Assembly: GCF_016432865.1 (NCBI RefSeq)
Contig: NC_067401.1
Location: forward strand, 112,344,001 to 112,408,000
Reading direction: 5' to 3'
DNA: 64,000 nucleotides
From: Antechinus flavipes
Lineage: Eukaryota
Shown here: one piece after another, positions 48,601-61,500 of the stretch
Position numbering within the stretch: the first letter of the stretch is position 1
How the letters are laid out: every line of letters begins with the position of its first letter
Notes under the pieces: generated by a model
What the model saw: the letters and a program-made list of their open reading frames with translations, nothing else
What the model was told of the DNA's origin: nothing
Databases searched by the model: none
Made by a program: the position numbers and the translations under genes

Positions 48601-51600
48601 GAGGCCTTCTCTGTATTCTCTAACAGTCTCTTCTTCCTTTTTAGTTGCAGGCACAGAAACTTCGATTAGCTCATACTCGGGGCCCCTATTATGGTGGCTC
48701 TCTGCCCAATGTTAACCAGATTGGCTGCAGCCTGGCAGAGTTCCAGGTGAGTGAGTGGGTACCAGGGAGAAGGGAGAGGGGAGAGGAAGAGGTAGGAATT
48801 ACTGGGACAGAACAAGGAGAGGGAGCTGTGGTGTTTTTTTTCCCACCCTTCCAGATCCCCTTTCCCTGACTACCATGTATGTGTTGTTAGAACCCCCTCC
48901 ATTCATCCCTGGATTCACGGAATACACGGCACCATGGTCTGGTGGAGCGGGTACAGCGGGACCCCCGAAGGATGATGTCTCCCCTGCGCCGTTATGCCCG
49001 CCACATATCCTTTGGAAAATAGGCAGGGGTAGGGGTGGCAGGATTTGGGCTTATAGAACTAGAACAAAGCTTGGTGCCACCCTGCTGCTGTTCCCTTCTC
49101 CTCCTTAGCTCTTGGGCAGTTCTTCCTCATATCTAATCTGGTTTTGCTGCTGCTAGCAATGGAGCATCTGTGTTCTGCCTCATGCTGGAGGTCACTTAGT
49201 TCCCTCATCAGTTCATCTAGATCCTCAGGCTGAAAGAATTTTGTGGAAAGAAGTCATCACCTGCCAGTGCTTAACTATTCTCATGCTTTCTTTGCATTCG
49301 TCCTTCACCGGGCCTGTGCCCCTTCTCCTCTGCTCCAGTTTGACTCATCTTCTGTAGACAAGAAAGCATGTAGCCCTCGTTTTTTTTCCTTAATGGGTGC
49401 CGCTCACATTGACAGCTCTCCCTACAGTCCAGCCTATTTATCTCCTCCTCCGGAATCCAGCTGGAGAAGGTGAATGTCAAGAGTGGGCCCAGCATGGAAC
49501 CCAAGCGGGCTCCAATGCCGACTCTGCACTTCTACCCCCGGGTCCAGAAGGGGCACAGGTTGGGGAGGGGGAGCATCAGCGCTCTACTGGTTTTAGAGAG
49601 GGGTTTGTCTTAGAGGCGGGGGCTAGGTGGAGTGGGCGGGGTCAGAGTCCAGTCTCAACCTTGTTGACACAAGAGTAGCAGAGCCTACCCCTCCTGCTGG
49701 GGTAACACCAATGGGATTGTGGGCTGTGCTGGGTGTGTGCTTGGGGGAGTGAGCATACTTCCTGCCAGAGCCATGTGCCAAGTACGGTGTTCTAGCACTG
49801 CCCATTCCTGAACACTGTGCCCCCCACCCCCAGGGACTGAGGTTGTTGGACTCTGGGTTATCCCCCAGTTTAACCTAGTACAAGGATGACTCTCAGGCTT
49901 TCTTGGGATCTTTGAGCATTTTGAAGGGTCAGAAAGCCAGAGCCAATATGGTCTTTAATGTCTCATCCACTCCCACTCCATCTTAGCTGTCTCAAACCCT
50001 CCAACTCCCTGCCCTCCTGACTGTTGTTTCTCCCTCTCAGAACAATGCCCTGGGGTAACTTCCCTGCTGAGAAGGGGCAGCTGTTCCGACTTCCATCTGC
50101 ACTCAACAGGTGATGTCCCCATTTCCCCCAGTCTCCTATTGAGATTCTGTCTCCTTCATTCCTACTTTTTTTGCCCCAGGGTCTTTCTCTCTGAACTCAG
50201 AGCCTTGGCCTCAGATCCCTGTGGTTCCCTGGCCTAGTTCTGCCCTCTCTGTCGGCCAGATGGAGAGGTCCTGTCACCATGGGAACTATGCCAGCTTTAC
50301 CCTGCTTCCCACAGGACAAGCTCAGACTCTGCCCTTCACACAAGTGTGATGAACCCCAACCCCCAGGACACATACCCAGGTCCCACACCGCCCACTGCCA
50401 TGCCCAACCGCCGGGGTGGTAAGTGCCAGTATCTTAGAACAAGGGAACCAGAGAGTATGGGGTTGTGCTGAATGGAGGGATGGGAGAATAGATGGAAAAG
50501 ACTTATCATCTAGTGCTCTAGTGAACAGGCATCTTCTTTACAGGTTACCTAGATGGGGAAGCAGATTCAAAAGGTATGTAGGCTTATTTCACTTACTCTT
50601 GGGCACTGTATTTCTTATTTTAAAATCTTACATTATCAGTATCTTTTATTTTCACATCATCTTCATTTCCAAGAATATCACTTCCCCTTTTCTATTTCTT
50701 CAAATTATCCCTTTAAGAAAAACTAAACCAGAAAGAAAAAAAAACAATTAAATAGAACTAACCAACACTTTGACTTTGACAGTGAATGCAAGATTCCACA
50801 TCCATAATCATCCCAACTATCCTCCTAGGTTAAGCTTGGTCATTGTAATTACACAGTGGTTCATTTTTCGGTTCTTTTTGTTGTAGTTCATAATTTTATT
50901 GTTTTCCTAGTTCTGCTTACTTTATGCATCAGTTCATATAAATCTCATACTTTGAATTGATCATAGTAAATTTTTTTTCATAATTCAATAGTATTCCATT
51001 ACATTCATTTTCCACAATTTGACCATTCCCTAGTTGATGGGCACCAAATTTTTTTCCCTAGTTCTTTACTGCTGTAGAATATCCTTTGTGTCTTTAAACT
51101 CTTTGGATCTCAGCAGGACCTCTGGTTCAAAAGTTTTGGACAGTTAAGGCATTTTTTAGTAGCACCATTTAGAATAGAAAGCCTAATTCACAGATTCCCC
51201 CAACAGAATATTGATGCTTTGTTCTTGAGAGGGGAGAAAATGTAAGATGTGGGTCAAGTAGGTGCCTTCCCTACCTGACTGCAATGCCTGAATCTCTTCC
51301 TTCCGTAACTTTTCTTCTTCTGTCCCCTTCCTCCCAATCAGTCTTCGTCTTTCAAGTTCCTGCAGTCGAGGAAAACTTGTTGGATGACAAGCACTTGTTG
51401 AAGCCCTGGGATCCTAAGAAGGTAGTTATGGGAGACACTTGCTGCCTCTTTTGCTTCCTGTGCAGTCGATGTATTATAGAATCAAGTCCGATTCTTGGCT
51501 GAGACGCTTGCTGCCTTGTTATTTATGTGGGCCAGTCATTCATGTAGTGTTGTGAGGAAAGCAGTTAAAGCATTATGTAAATAAGAGACAAGTTGGACTG

Positions 51601-54600
51601 AATGGAAAGGCAGGAGCAGGCCAGAGGACTGGGAAGGGGCTTCCCATGTGGAGGCTCACCTCTTTCCCTCCTCTTCATATTCAATAGCTGTCTTCTTCTT
51701 CCCGACCTCGATCCTGTGAAGTCCCCGGCATTAAGTAAGTGGCTGTCCCAGAGTCTCCCACCATGGGCGGCAGGGTGGAGAGCGAGGTTGATGGTGATCT
51801 GTGCGTTGCAGGGCCCACTCTCAGGATCTTTCTTCCTTCTCCTAGCATCTTTCCATCCCCTGACCAGCCTGCCAATGTGCCCCTCCTTCCACCAACCCTG
51901 AATACTGGTGGCTCCCTGCCTGATCTCACCAACCTGCACTTCCCTTCACCACTACCCACACCCCTCGACCCAGAAGAGACAGCCTATCCCAGTCTGAGTG
52001 GGGGCAGCAGCACCTCTAACCTGACCCACACCATGACCAACCTGGGCATCAGTGGGGGCCTGGGCCTGGGCAACAACTGCGATGGGCCAGGTGAGTCAGC
52101 ACTCTCTGCTCCTTGTGCCCACTTCCCCAGTTCTGGATGTGACCACCTACAAGTCAGGGGAGTAGACCTGAGTATGCAGCCCTGAGAGGGCAGGCTTGGG
52201 CCCCTGGATACCTCTCTGTAGTAATCATCTGGACTGGCATAAAAGTCTGCTTCGTGGTCTATGTCTCTCCAATTTGGTGAGACTTAGAATGGTGCTGGTA
52301 GGAGTGGGAGAAGGTGCCTGGTTCCCTACTAGATAGGCACAGCTGGCAAAGTTGCCCTTTTCACAGTGTGGTCATTGTATTCTCACTTCCATTGTCTGAT
52401 CACCTCCACCCATTCTGTATGGGGGCAGGGAGAAGGGGCTTGGTGCCCTTTGTAATGTTGGCATCTCTGGTTTTTGTCTGTGCCCGCAGGACTTAATTCA
52501 CCTCTCAACCACCCATCCCTGCAGTCTTCCCTTAGCAATCCCAACCTCCAGGCTTCCCTAAATAGCCCCCAACCCCAGCTTCAGGGCTCCCACAGTCATC
52601 CCTCACTGCCTGCCTCCTCCTTTGCCCGTCATACTATGCCTGCTACCTCCCTGGGCCACCCTTCACTCAGTGCCCCAGCCCTTTCCTCCACCTCGTCTTC
52701 CTCATCCCCTGCGCTGGGCGCCCCCCTATACCCTACTCCCACCCCTGGGGCCTCCCCCCGACACCGACGTGTGCCCCTCAGTCCCTTGAGCCTGCCCGTG
52801 GGTGGAACTGATGCCAGACGGCCCCAGCAGCAGCTGCCCAAACAGTTCTCGCCAACAATGTCACCCACCTTGTCTTCCATCACTCAGGTATGCGTGGCTG
52901 CCTCCACCCTTCCCATCTCTGAGCCTCCTGGGCTGAGCTGCCCACCAGTCTCTTCCCTCCCCCCAGAGCCCTTCACCCTTCTTCCTCCTTTCATGTGGTC
53001 TCTGCATCCGACCCCTTCTTCCTCCTCCTCTGGTATATCTGTCTGCCATCTGTCATTCATCTTTCTCTTTCAATTCCTTCCCTCATCTGCTCTAGTTTCT
53101 ATCTATTTCCCATCTATTTCCCCCATTCCTCCCTTTAGACTACTCCTACTTTCTTTCTTCTCACTTTGCCCCTCCTCCTTCCTTTCCTTTTCCTCTTTTG
53201 TCCTTATGTCATCCTTTTATTTTCTCCCACTCTCCTGAGCTTTTTGTCCTTCCAGGCCATCTCTCTCACCCTTTCTTTCCTCCCCCACCCCTCTTCCTCT
53301 TCTCCTGTCTTATCTCCTCTCCTTCCCTCCCTCATCCCCATTGCCCAGATGGGGATGTGTGTGTGTCTGGTATGTGTGTTCCATGTTCCATTTCAGTTGT
53401 GACAGGGGATTAAGGAATAGAGGGTCCTTCTTCCCTCTGCAGCCCCTTTCCACTAGCAGCCCCCTTGGGCTTATTGCCCTCTGGGCAGACTTCTACACTT
53501 CTCTTGGTCCTTTCTGGTCCCTGGACTCCAGATTCCTGTAGAGAAGCCACCTGAAGGGTAACTCTCAGCTTCTTCCTTCCCTTTAGGGTGTCCCCCTGGA
53601 TACCAGTAAGCTGCCAGTTGACCAGCGACTGCCCCCATACCCTTATAGCCCTCCTAGCCTGCTTCTACCTGCCCAGCCCCCTGTCACAAAGCCGCTGCAG
53701 CAACAACCACCACCTCCCCAGTCCTGTCCTGTCCAGTCGCCCGGCGGACAAAGACATTATGGGGTGTCGTACCCGTCTGCCTCCAGTGGGCAACAACCTT
53801 ATGCTCCGCCCACAGGAGACTTCAGCCTGGGGAATGTGAGTACCCTGACCTTTCCAGTTAGTAAGAGGAGGTTCAAGCATTGTCCTTTACACCATTCAAA
53901 TAGGGCAAGTCTTGTTTCCATTCACTTCTGGGTGAGTGGACAATGTTAACATTGTCCCCCTTTCTTCGCCTCTGCTCCCCTATTGCTGATTACCCATTTC
54001 TTCTATTTCCCCTTAGCTATCTCTGCTCAACTCCCTCTTTGATGACTCCTGCTTTGACCAGTTTTCTTCCTGGCACACACATTCTCTGTCTCAGCAGGTA
54101 TGGTGCCTGGGTCCTCTTGTGGTCCCATGCCCTCTGCCCTCACTCTGCTTTCTTGCTGTGTCTTCTGTCTCTGCCTTTCCCTGTGGAAAGGGGGAACTAT
54201 TAAGTAAATCTTGGGGAGTTGGGAGGGAGAAGCATCCCCTTTCTAATGGTACTGTTAAGTGCCTTTGTCCATTTGTCCCCTCAGCTAGAACAATTCAGCA
54301 TGGAGAGTCCATCAGGCAGCCTGACGCTAGACCCTCCCAGCTTCTCTGAGGGGCCAGGCTTCTCGGGGAATGATGAGCCAGGGGGTGGGGGAAGTGTCCC
54401 CCAAGACTCCCATGCCCTCAACCGCCAGAACCTGACACACTGTGCCCGCCATGGTCCAGTGCCCAACATCATCCTCACAGGTGGGAGGATCACAGGAATA
54501 GATATTGGGCATTGAATGAAACGTGTGGCTTTTGAGGAATGGGAGGAGGGTGGGTGTGAAAAGTATCTGGAGAAGGCATAGTTGTGGGGTTTGGGAGTGC

Positions 54601-54882
54601 TTCCCTCTGGTCCCTGCCTTCCTCACAAGTGGTTCTGATTTTCACTCCTCTGCCTGCCCAGGAGATTCTCCCCCAGGCTTCTCCAAGGAGATTGCAGCAG
54701 CTCTGGCTGGGGTGCCTGGTTTTGAGGTGGCAGCAGCTGGATTAGGATTGGGGCTGGGGCTGGAAGATGAGCTTCGAATGGAACCGCTGAGCCTGGATGG
54801 GCTGAACATGTTGAGTGACCCGTATGCTCTGCTGACTGACCCAGCTGTTGAGGACTCATTCCGAAGTGACCGACTACAGTGA
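45689..54882 (+). CDS. CRTC2: CREB-regulated transcription coactivator 2 (TORC2), 692 aa
   Basis: Exons 45689-45865, 48645-48746, 48891-49004, 49408-49469, 50041-50109, 50315-50418, 50544-50573, 51357-51421, 51688-51734, 51846-52090, 52490-52887, 53587-53835, 54285-54480, 54662-54882 (2079 nt), in phase. [31 protein letters not shown] (S171-equivalent), TGGSLPDLT (S275-equivalent), PNIILT and SFRSDRLQ*. Confidence 0.97.
49005..49407 (+). other. U12-type (minor spliceosome) AT-AC intron, CRTC2 intron 3
   Basis: 5' ATATCCTTT; branch site TTCCTTAAT (49386-49394) 13 nt before the terminal AC. Splicing gives in-frame ..RYARH|IDSSPYSP, matching CRTC2. Confidence 0.95.
50690..51230 (-). mobile_element. 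Old L1 3' fragment, CRTC2 intron 7
   Basis: gttctgcttactttatgcatcagttcatat..ccattccctagttgatgggcacc, reverse L1 3' text. Confidence 0.7.
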
Positions 54883-55315
54883 GGGATGTAGGGCTGGGCA
54901 CAGTGGCAGCATCCCACTTTTCTCCCATCTTCCCTCCTCCCATTACCCTTTTTCCCCTCCCCCCTGGCCAGTAGAGACTCCACTCTCTGCCCCCAGGCCC
55001 TTTTCCTCAACATGAATGAGACCAAGGGATCACAGGATTGTATACAAAGGAAGAGATGCCTGCTTTGATGTCTGGCATTGGGGGCAGACTTGGAAGAGCA
55101 CTAGGGAGGGCCTGAAGCACTTGTAACTTTGAACCGTCTGTCTGGAGGTCAGAGCCTGTTGGATGTCAGGGGGTAGAAGAGGGACTGGGTAGCAGGGTAT
55201 GCCCAGATGGTTGGGGGGCAGGTTGCAGTGCTGGCCCCTCCCCACAATTTCCCCTTCCCCCCTTTCAGGAGAGAGCCAGAGTGGATATTATTTTTTTTAA
55301 ATATATTATATGTTA

Positions 55316-55321
55316 ATTAAA
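55316..55321 (+). terminator. Probable CRTC2 polyadenylation signal ATTAAA
   Basis: AU-rich block with ATTAAA ~435 nt after the stop. Confidence 0.6.
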
Positions 55322-56149
55322 AAAATCACATCAAAGCCTTAGTGTATAACTGCTGTTTGGCATTGGGGGTTGAGAGTGGGGCACAATACCTTGAACCGAG
55401 TGGTGGAGCCTAAATAGAGGATCTCTTCTGCTTTGCCTTAGGCTTGGCGATTGTGTGGGGCTTGGGGGCTGTGCCTGGGTACGGCTCTGAGATATAGGAT
55501 GCCAGAGCATGTGCTCCCCCTTCCTGCGCTCAGGACCTTGAAGATGAACAAGGACTGGGGAGCGCTCACTGCTTTGTTACACTTCCCCGCCTTGGGGCTT
55601 GCAGATAGCTGGACTTTCCCCGACAGCCTGTCCCCTTTACCTCTGCCTGGGTCAGTTGTTGACTTCAGCTGAGGCTTCTAGAGAGGGAGTTGGGAAGACA
55701 AAGGAATTGGTGTGGGGAGCAGGTAAGTTTGGGGGCTGAGTCTCTGTGCCCCGTCACTCAGACCATGGCCACTCTGGTTGGCAGAGTTTATTAAGTCTGT
55801 CCCCCAGAAGCAGGCGTCCTAGGGGGTAAGGGGAGCAGAGAGGCAGCAGTGCCGGCTGGCTTGATGGTGGGAAGGCAGGAGCATCTGCAGCAGCTGCCCA
55901 GCGAATTTGACAGCGCAGCCCTCGCCTCCCCTAGACCTTCCTACTCTCTGGACCATTCCCGGCCTTCTCCTCGGCAGACATACCCCATACTGCTGTTTCC
56001 CCCTCAGCAGACCTGAGGGAGATGGTAGTGTGTGTCCTACAATCTCGGCCCTTCCTCTTTCCAAAGCTTTTGTCCTCTCCAGAAAAGGGAACTGAGAACT
56101 GCTGGCTGCAGATTAGGAGTAGCAAGGATGTGTGTGAATCCCCGAACCA

Positions 56150-56760
56150 AGAGTGGGGGTGGGGCGGTGTCACCCCTCGAGCTCACGGCCTGGGCCTCTG
56201 GGCCCGGGAAGGGAAGGGGAGAGCATTTTTTGCAGAGCGCCCTCCCAGCCGCCAGGGGGCAGGCTCAGGGCGGCCCAGCCGGGGGCGGAAGGAGCCTCCG
56301 GGGTCATCGCATCTGTGGGGGGTGCTGGCGCGCCGGGGGTTGGGGGGGGTCAGCCGGGGGAGGGAGGGTGCGGGTGCGCGGAGCAGGAGTCGAAGCTGGG
56401 CTGCGGTATCACGCGCACAGCCGGGGCCGCGGCCGCGGCGGGATAACGGAGGCGCGCAGCTGCTGCGGCGGGAGAGGTGCCGGAGGCTGAGGCTCCGTCT
56501 GAGCGGGCGCTCCTACCCCCTAGCCTGTGCCCCGGGCTCGCTGCGGCTGAGGCTTGAGCGCACAGTCCTTCGGCGCGCGCGCCACGGGCGGGGAGTCCGG
56601 CCGGAGTCACCGCGGACGCGGGATGTCCGGGGCCGGGTAAACATCCCGCCATCCTCCCCGTCCTCCCCCCCCTCCCCGAAGAGGGGGTGGGGGGAGGGGG
56701 AGACCGGACGCCCCGCCAGGAGCCCCGAGGCAGGTAGGTCGGAAGGGAGGGTGGGGGCGA
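56150..56760 (+). promoter_or_regulatory. DENND4B CpG-island promoter and non-coding first exon(s)
   Basis: Very CpG-rich. CTCF-like CCGCCAGGGGGCAG (56249-56262). Candidate donors cgg|gtaaac (56636/7) and cag|gtaggt (56733/4). Confidence 0.7.
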
Positions 56761-58577
56761 GCGGCCAGGGCTCCCCCTTTCGCTGCACATCTGGTTCCGG
56801 TTCCTCTCTCCTAGGGAAGCGAAAGTGTGGGGGAGATGGGAGGGAGCACAGCCCCCCTCCCCCGCTTCTCCCCTGGAGCTCTTTGGAGGTTGTGTTCATC
56901 CCTCGCTTATGTTCCTGTCACATTGTCGCGGGCACCTGACCCCCCCGACCCTTCCCCAATCGGTCGCAGCCCCTCTTCTTCCCCACCCTTCTTATTTGGG
57001 TTGGATGTGTGGGTGCCATGGGAGGAGGGGGGAGGAAGTACCACCTATGCTTGTCCTGAGAGGGAGCTCAGGAAGATGCTCTCCCCCACCCCGAATCGGG
57101 GAGGTGGGAAAAGTGGGGGTGGAGGAGAGAGATGATGGTTCAGGTCCACGAGGAAATGGTAAGGGAACTGGGGTCATGAGAAAGGGGTCCCCAAAGCCAG
57201 CCCCCCGGCTTCCTAAGAGGTCAGTGCCTGCTGGGTAGGGAGCCAGCTGTGCCAGGTGGGAAGCTAGAGAGCTAAATTAGGATCTTGACACTGCCTGCCT
57301 TCTGGCCTCACATCCCAGGCTGGGGGGGAGGGAGGGTAAACTAAATTTAACCCGGGTGGGGGGAAGGGGGTTGTGGAGTAGACCGGGGGCCAGGTTATGA
57401 GCAAAGAGCTGGTCAGGTCCCCTTGTTTCTCCTACATTTCTGGTCTAACAGACTGAGATAATGAGAGTTTGGAAACAGCTCATGAAGGGTCAGCACTGTT
57501 GGAGCCTTTTACTGCCCTTTCAGCTGGGGACAGCACTGTTCTGGTTCCCTCTGCAGCACTCCCTCCCCACCCCCCACCCCATACGTTGACTTCCGTCTGG
57601 CCTAGCTACAGCTTCCCCTTGGCTGTTTCAGGAAGTCACCTCCCTTCCCCTCTGATGCATCCCCCCCCTTTCCTCAGCCTGGCTGAACAGCTATCCTCTC
57701 TGAGCTGCCATTCCCCCAGGGCTCCCCAGGACCCCCTACCCCCCTGCCAGGAATTCCCTCTCCCCAGGTGCTGACCTATGGAAGCAGGTGAGAGAGGGGC
57801 AGGCAAGGGACCCAGCCTGGGTGGGCTTGGGGGGCCGAGGGAAAGCAGAACCTCTCTTCTCTTTGCTTCTCATGTGGCCTACAGATCTGAAAGGGGATTG
57901 AATGGGTTAGACTTAAAAGTAGAGTAAGTGTGAGTCTTTAAGACGGATGGAGTAGTCATTGTGATTTTGTAGCCCCGCGCTAGGGAGAATTCAGAAACGG
58001 GAAGGGTTTACTTTGATGGCAGAGGTGTGGTGCTTGTAGGAGTGAGCCTTAGAAGAGTGTTATTGCTCCCATGATATTGCAGCTAAGACACCAGGGTTGT
58101 AAATTCTTTAATATCATATCTATGAAGTCAGTATGATGTCACAGCTAACCCATATTGTATCAGTACTAGGGTACAGGTGCTAAAATAATCAATGGAGGTG
58201 ACTGTAATACCTGCGGTGGGAAGCCGTTTAAGAAAATACAAGATTATTCCAATACAGGGATGTTGTAGCCAGATTTGGGGGTAAGGGGAGGAAGGAATCA
58301 GGTATGGCAAGGGTAGTGGTGATGTCACTGAAATGTTACTTAAGGGACCTGTTCCCTTTAAGGAGAGTAGGTAGGCTGTGAGGTCATGATGATGTCATAA
58401 GTGGGAGAGTTCAGGATTGGTCAATCTCCTACTGTGCTTCTCTGAGTGAGTTTGGTAGAGGGAGGAGGATGAGGGTCATTTAGTTGCCATAGCGACTTTG
58501 CCTTCTTCCCATCCCACTCACACCTCATACTCTTCCTTACTTTGTCCCTTCCAGATGCAGTAAGTGAAGGGGGGGCC

Positions 58578-61500
58578 ATGGCAGAAGAACGGCCCCCCCG
58601 GCTAGTGGATTACTTTGTGGTGGCAGGGTTGGCAGGGAGTGGAGGAGCAGTCCCTGAGGAAACTGGGGGTCCTGAACCGGGGGGCCCCTTGCGCCCACCC
58701 CGACCAGCGGATCCCATCACGGATGTGGCCATCATTGCCCGGGCTCTGGGAGAAGAGGTGCCCCAAGGCTACACTTGTATTCAAACCTCAGCTAGTGGTC
58801 ACCCCCTAGAGCTCAGTGCTGGACTTCTGGGTGGCTCCCAGCCTACCATATGTTACCGCAGAGGGCGAGACAAGCCTCCTCTTGTTGAATTGGGGTGAGT
58901 GACCACCCTTATCATTGGCCTGGCCAGGGTCCTTGGAAGAAAGGAGGGTAGTTATGGGGCATGAACGGAACAGTCTGAAGGAGGGGGAACAGACAAAGGA
59001 ATGGGGACGAAAGGGTTGAATGAAGAGGCAAGATGAATAGCAAAGCCAAATGGGGACAAGTTTATGTTGCCAACAAGCAGGTGAAGGGGAGAGTAACAAG
59101 TTTGGTGGAGTAAGGGTATTGAAGGTTCAGCTACTGATATTCTTTCTACTTAACTCACCAGGGTATTATATGAGGGGAAGGAACATCCTAAACCAGGTTT
59201 CCAGGTGCTGGAGACAACGCCCTATAGCCACTCTGCCAACCTGGCTCCTCCAGGCCCTGGGCATCCCCGCACCTACCTCACTTATCGACGGGCAGCTGAA
59301 GGGGCAGGGCTGCATGCCCTGGGTATCACTGATCTCTGTCTGATCCTGCCCAGCAAAGGCGAGGGAACCCCCCACACATACTGCCGCCTGCCTCGAAATC
59401 TCAATCCTGGCATGGTGAGCGAGGAGGGTAGAAACAGCAGATGGGGGTAGGGTGGTGGATCGTGTCTATAAGAAAGACACCAGGACCAAGGAGGATTTGT
59501 GGTGAGGGCAGGAGCTGAGGAAGAATCCTGACTTCCACTAGGAGAGCAGGTACCCTGGGGAATAATGAGGACCAGAAAAATCCATAGGAGATCTGCAAGT
59601 GGGGTCCCAAGAATCCCCTTCCCATCTGAAGTGTTTCTCTTGTCTGTCTCGTTCAGTGGGGCCCAGCTGTGTACTTGTGCTACAAGGTGGGCCTGGCAAA
59701 GGCTAACACGCTGGTCTATGAAGCAGGTTGGTAGATGGCACTGTATTCCTTCTACTTCTCTAGCTTCCTATGCATTTTCTTATACTTTTTTTTTTAAGGC
59801 TTTCCCACCATTCATGGTACCCATTCCCTCCCCCCAAAACCTGATGATTCAGATACTTTTAATTCTTGCATGTGCTCCTTCATGTCTCTGGGTGGCCACC
59901 TTCTCCAGCATACCTTGGAATGCTCATGTGCCTCGCCCCTTTTCTGGAGTCCCACAGAAGCGACTTTTTTTCTTTTTTCTTTTTCTTTTTTTTTTTTAAT
60001 GCTGTGCCTGGTACCCAGAACTGCTAGGCCGGTACCCCGAGCAGGACAACGAGGCATTCCCACTGCCGGAGTCTGTGCCTGTCTTCTGCCTGCCTATGGG
60101 AGCCACTATTGAGTGTTGGCCTGCTCAGACCAAATACCCGGTGCCCGTCTTCTCCACTTTTGTGCTCACAGGTGCAGCTGGTGACAAGGTAGGGTAGAGT
60201 GAGGAAGAGGAGGGTGCTGGGGAGGGAGTGACGAGTGAAGCCCATCTGACCCTCTGCCCTCCCCCAAGGTGTATGGGGCAGCCCTGCAGTTCTATGAGGC
60301 ATTCCCACGGGCTCGGCTGTCAGAGCGGCAGGCGAGGGCACTGGGGCTGTTGAGTGCAGTGGAACGGGGCCGGGCACTGGGTGGCCGGGCTGTGCGCAGT
60401 CGCCGGGCTGTGGCGGTGCTGTCCCGATGGCCTGCCTTCTCTGCTTTCCATGCCTTCCTCACCTTCCTTTATCGATACTCTGTCTCTGGCCCCCACCGAT
60501 TGCCCTTGGAAGCGTGAGTGCTGGCCCCCCTGGGGAGAGGGGTCAGAGGGAAAGGAGATGGGAGGGATTTGGGAAGCAAAAGGGGTTGCTGAACATGGGA
60601 AGAATATATGAGGGAGGTGAGTTACAGAAGTGGGAAAGGGAAGGTGAAGATGAAGGGGGAAAGAAATATAAAAGAACTAAAAACCTAAGGGGAAATGGGT
60701 GGAAGGGCTAGAGGATGGGGTACAGATTAGGGAGGTCTGCTCCCTGACCTGCTACCTTTTCCCCTCCACCTTTCCCAGGCACATCTCCCACTTCATGCAC
60801 AATGTTCCATTCCCCTCCCCTCAGAGACCCCGTATCCTGGTACAGGTGAGAGATGGGGACTGGCCTGGGCAGGACAGTGGGGCTTCAGTCATTGCAGAAC
60901 TTTCCCCTCCCCACTAATGGCTATGTCTTCCGCACCCCCAGATGTCCCCCTATGACAACCTGCTCCTCTGTCAACCTGTTTCGTCTCCCCTGCCTCTGAG
61001 GTATGTATCCAGATGGGTGGACAATGGGTACTGGGATTCACTAGACAGGTAGATGGCACTGCAGAGATCTAATTGTTGTCTTCAAGGATTAGGCTATTGC
61101 CTGAGGGTCTAGGGTGGTGTTTTTTTCTTGAAGCTGGTTAAGACATTTTAGGGGATCTCCCTGGTGACTTGCTGGGTTTGGGTGTGGGCATTGCCTTGCA
61201 GCGGTGCCAGCTTTTTGCAGCTGCTACAGAGCCTGGGGCCTGAGCTGGCAGTAACTCTGCTACTTGCCGTTCTGACTGAGCATAAGCTTCTGGTTCACTC
61301 TCTCCGGCCTGACCTGCTTACCAGTGTCTGTGAGGCCCTGGTCTCTGTGAGTCCCTTACCCTCACTTACCCTGGTCTCCTAGGATGCTCACTCCGGGGTC
61401 ATTCTCTCTTTGGCTGGTCATTCTGGGCCAAAACTTTCCCTTAGGCCCTTGACCCTTCCCACGATTCCTCTCTGCTCTCCCCCTTCCCTTCCCAAGACTT

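Noticed and set aside
61001-61010. gtatgtatcc donor in DENND4B resembling a U12 5' site
   Set aside because: The intron starts GTATGT (U2 consensus), not GTATCC, and no U12 branch site precedes the acceptor.
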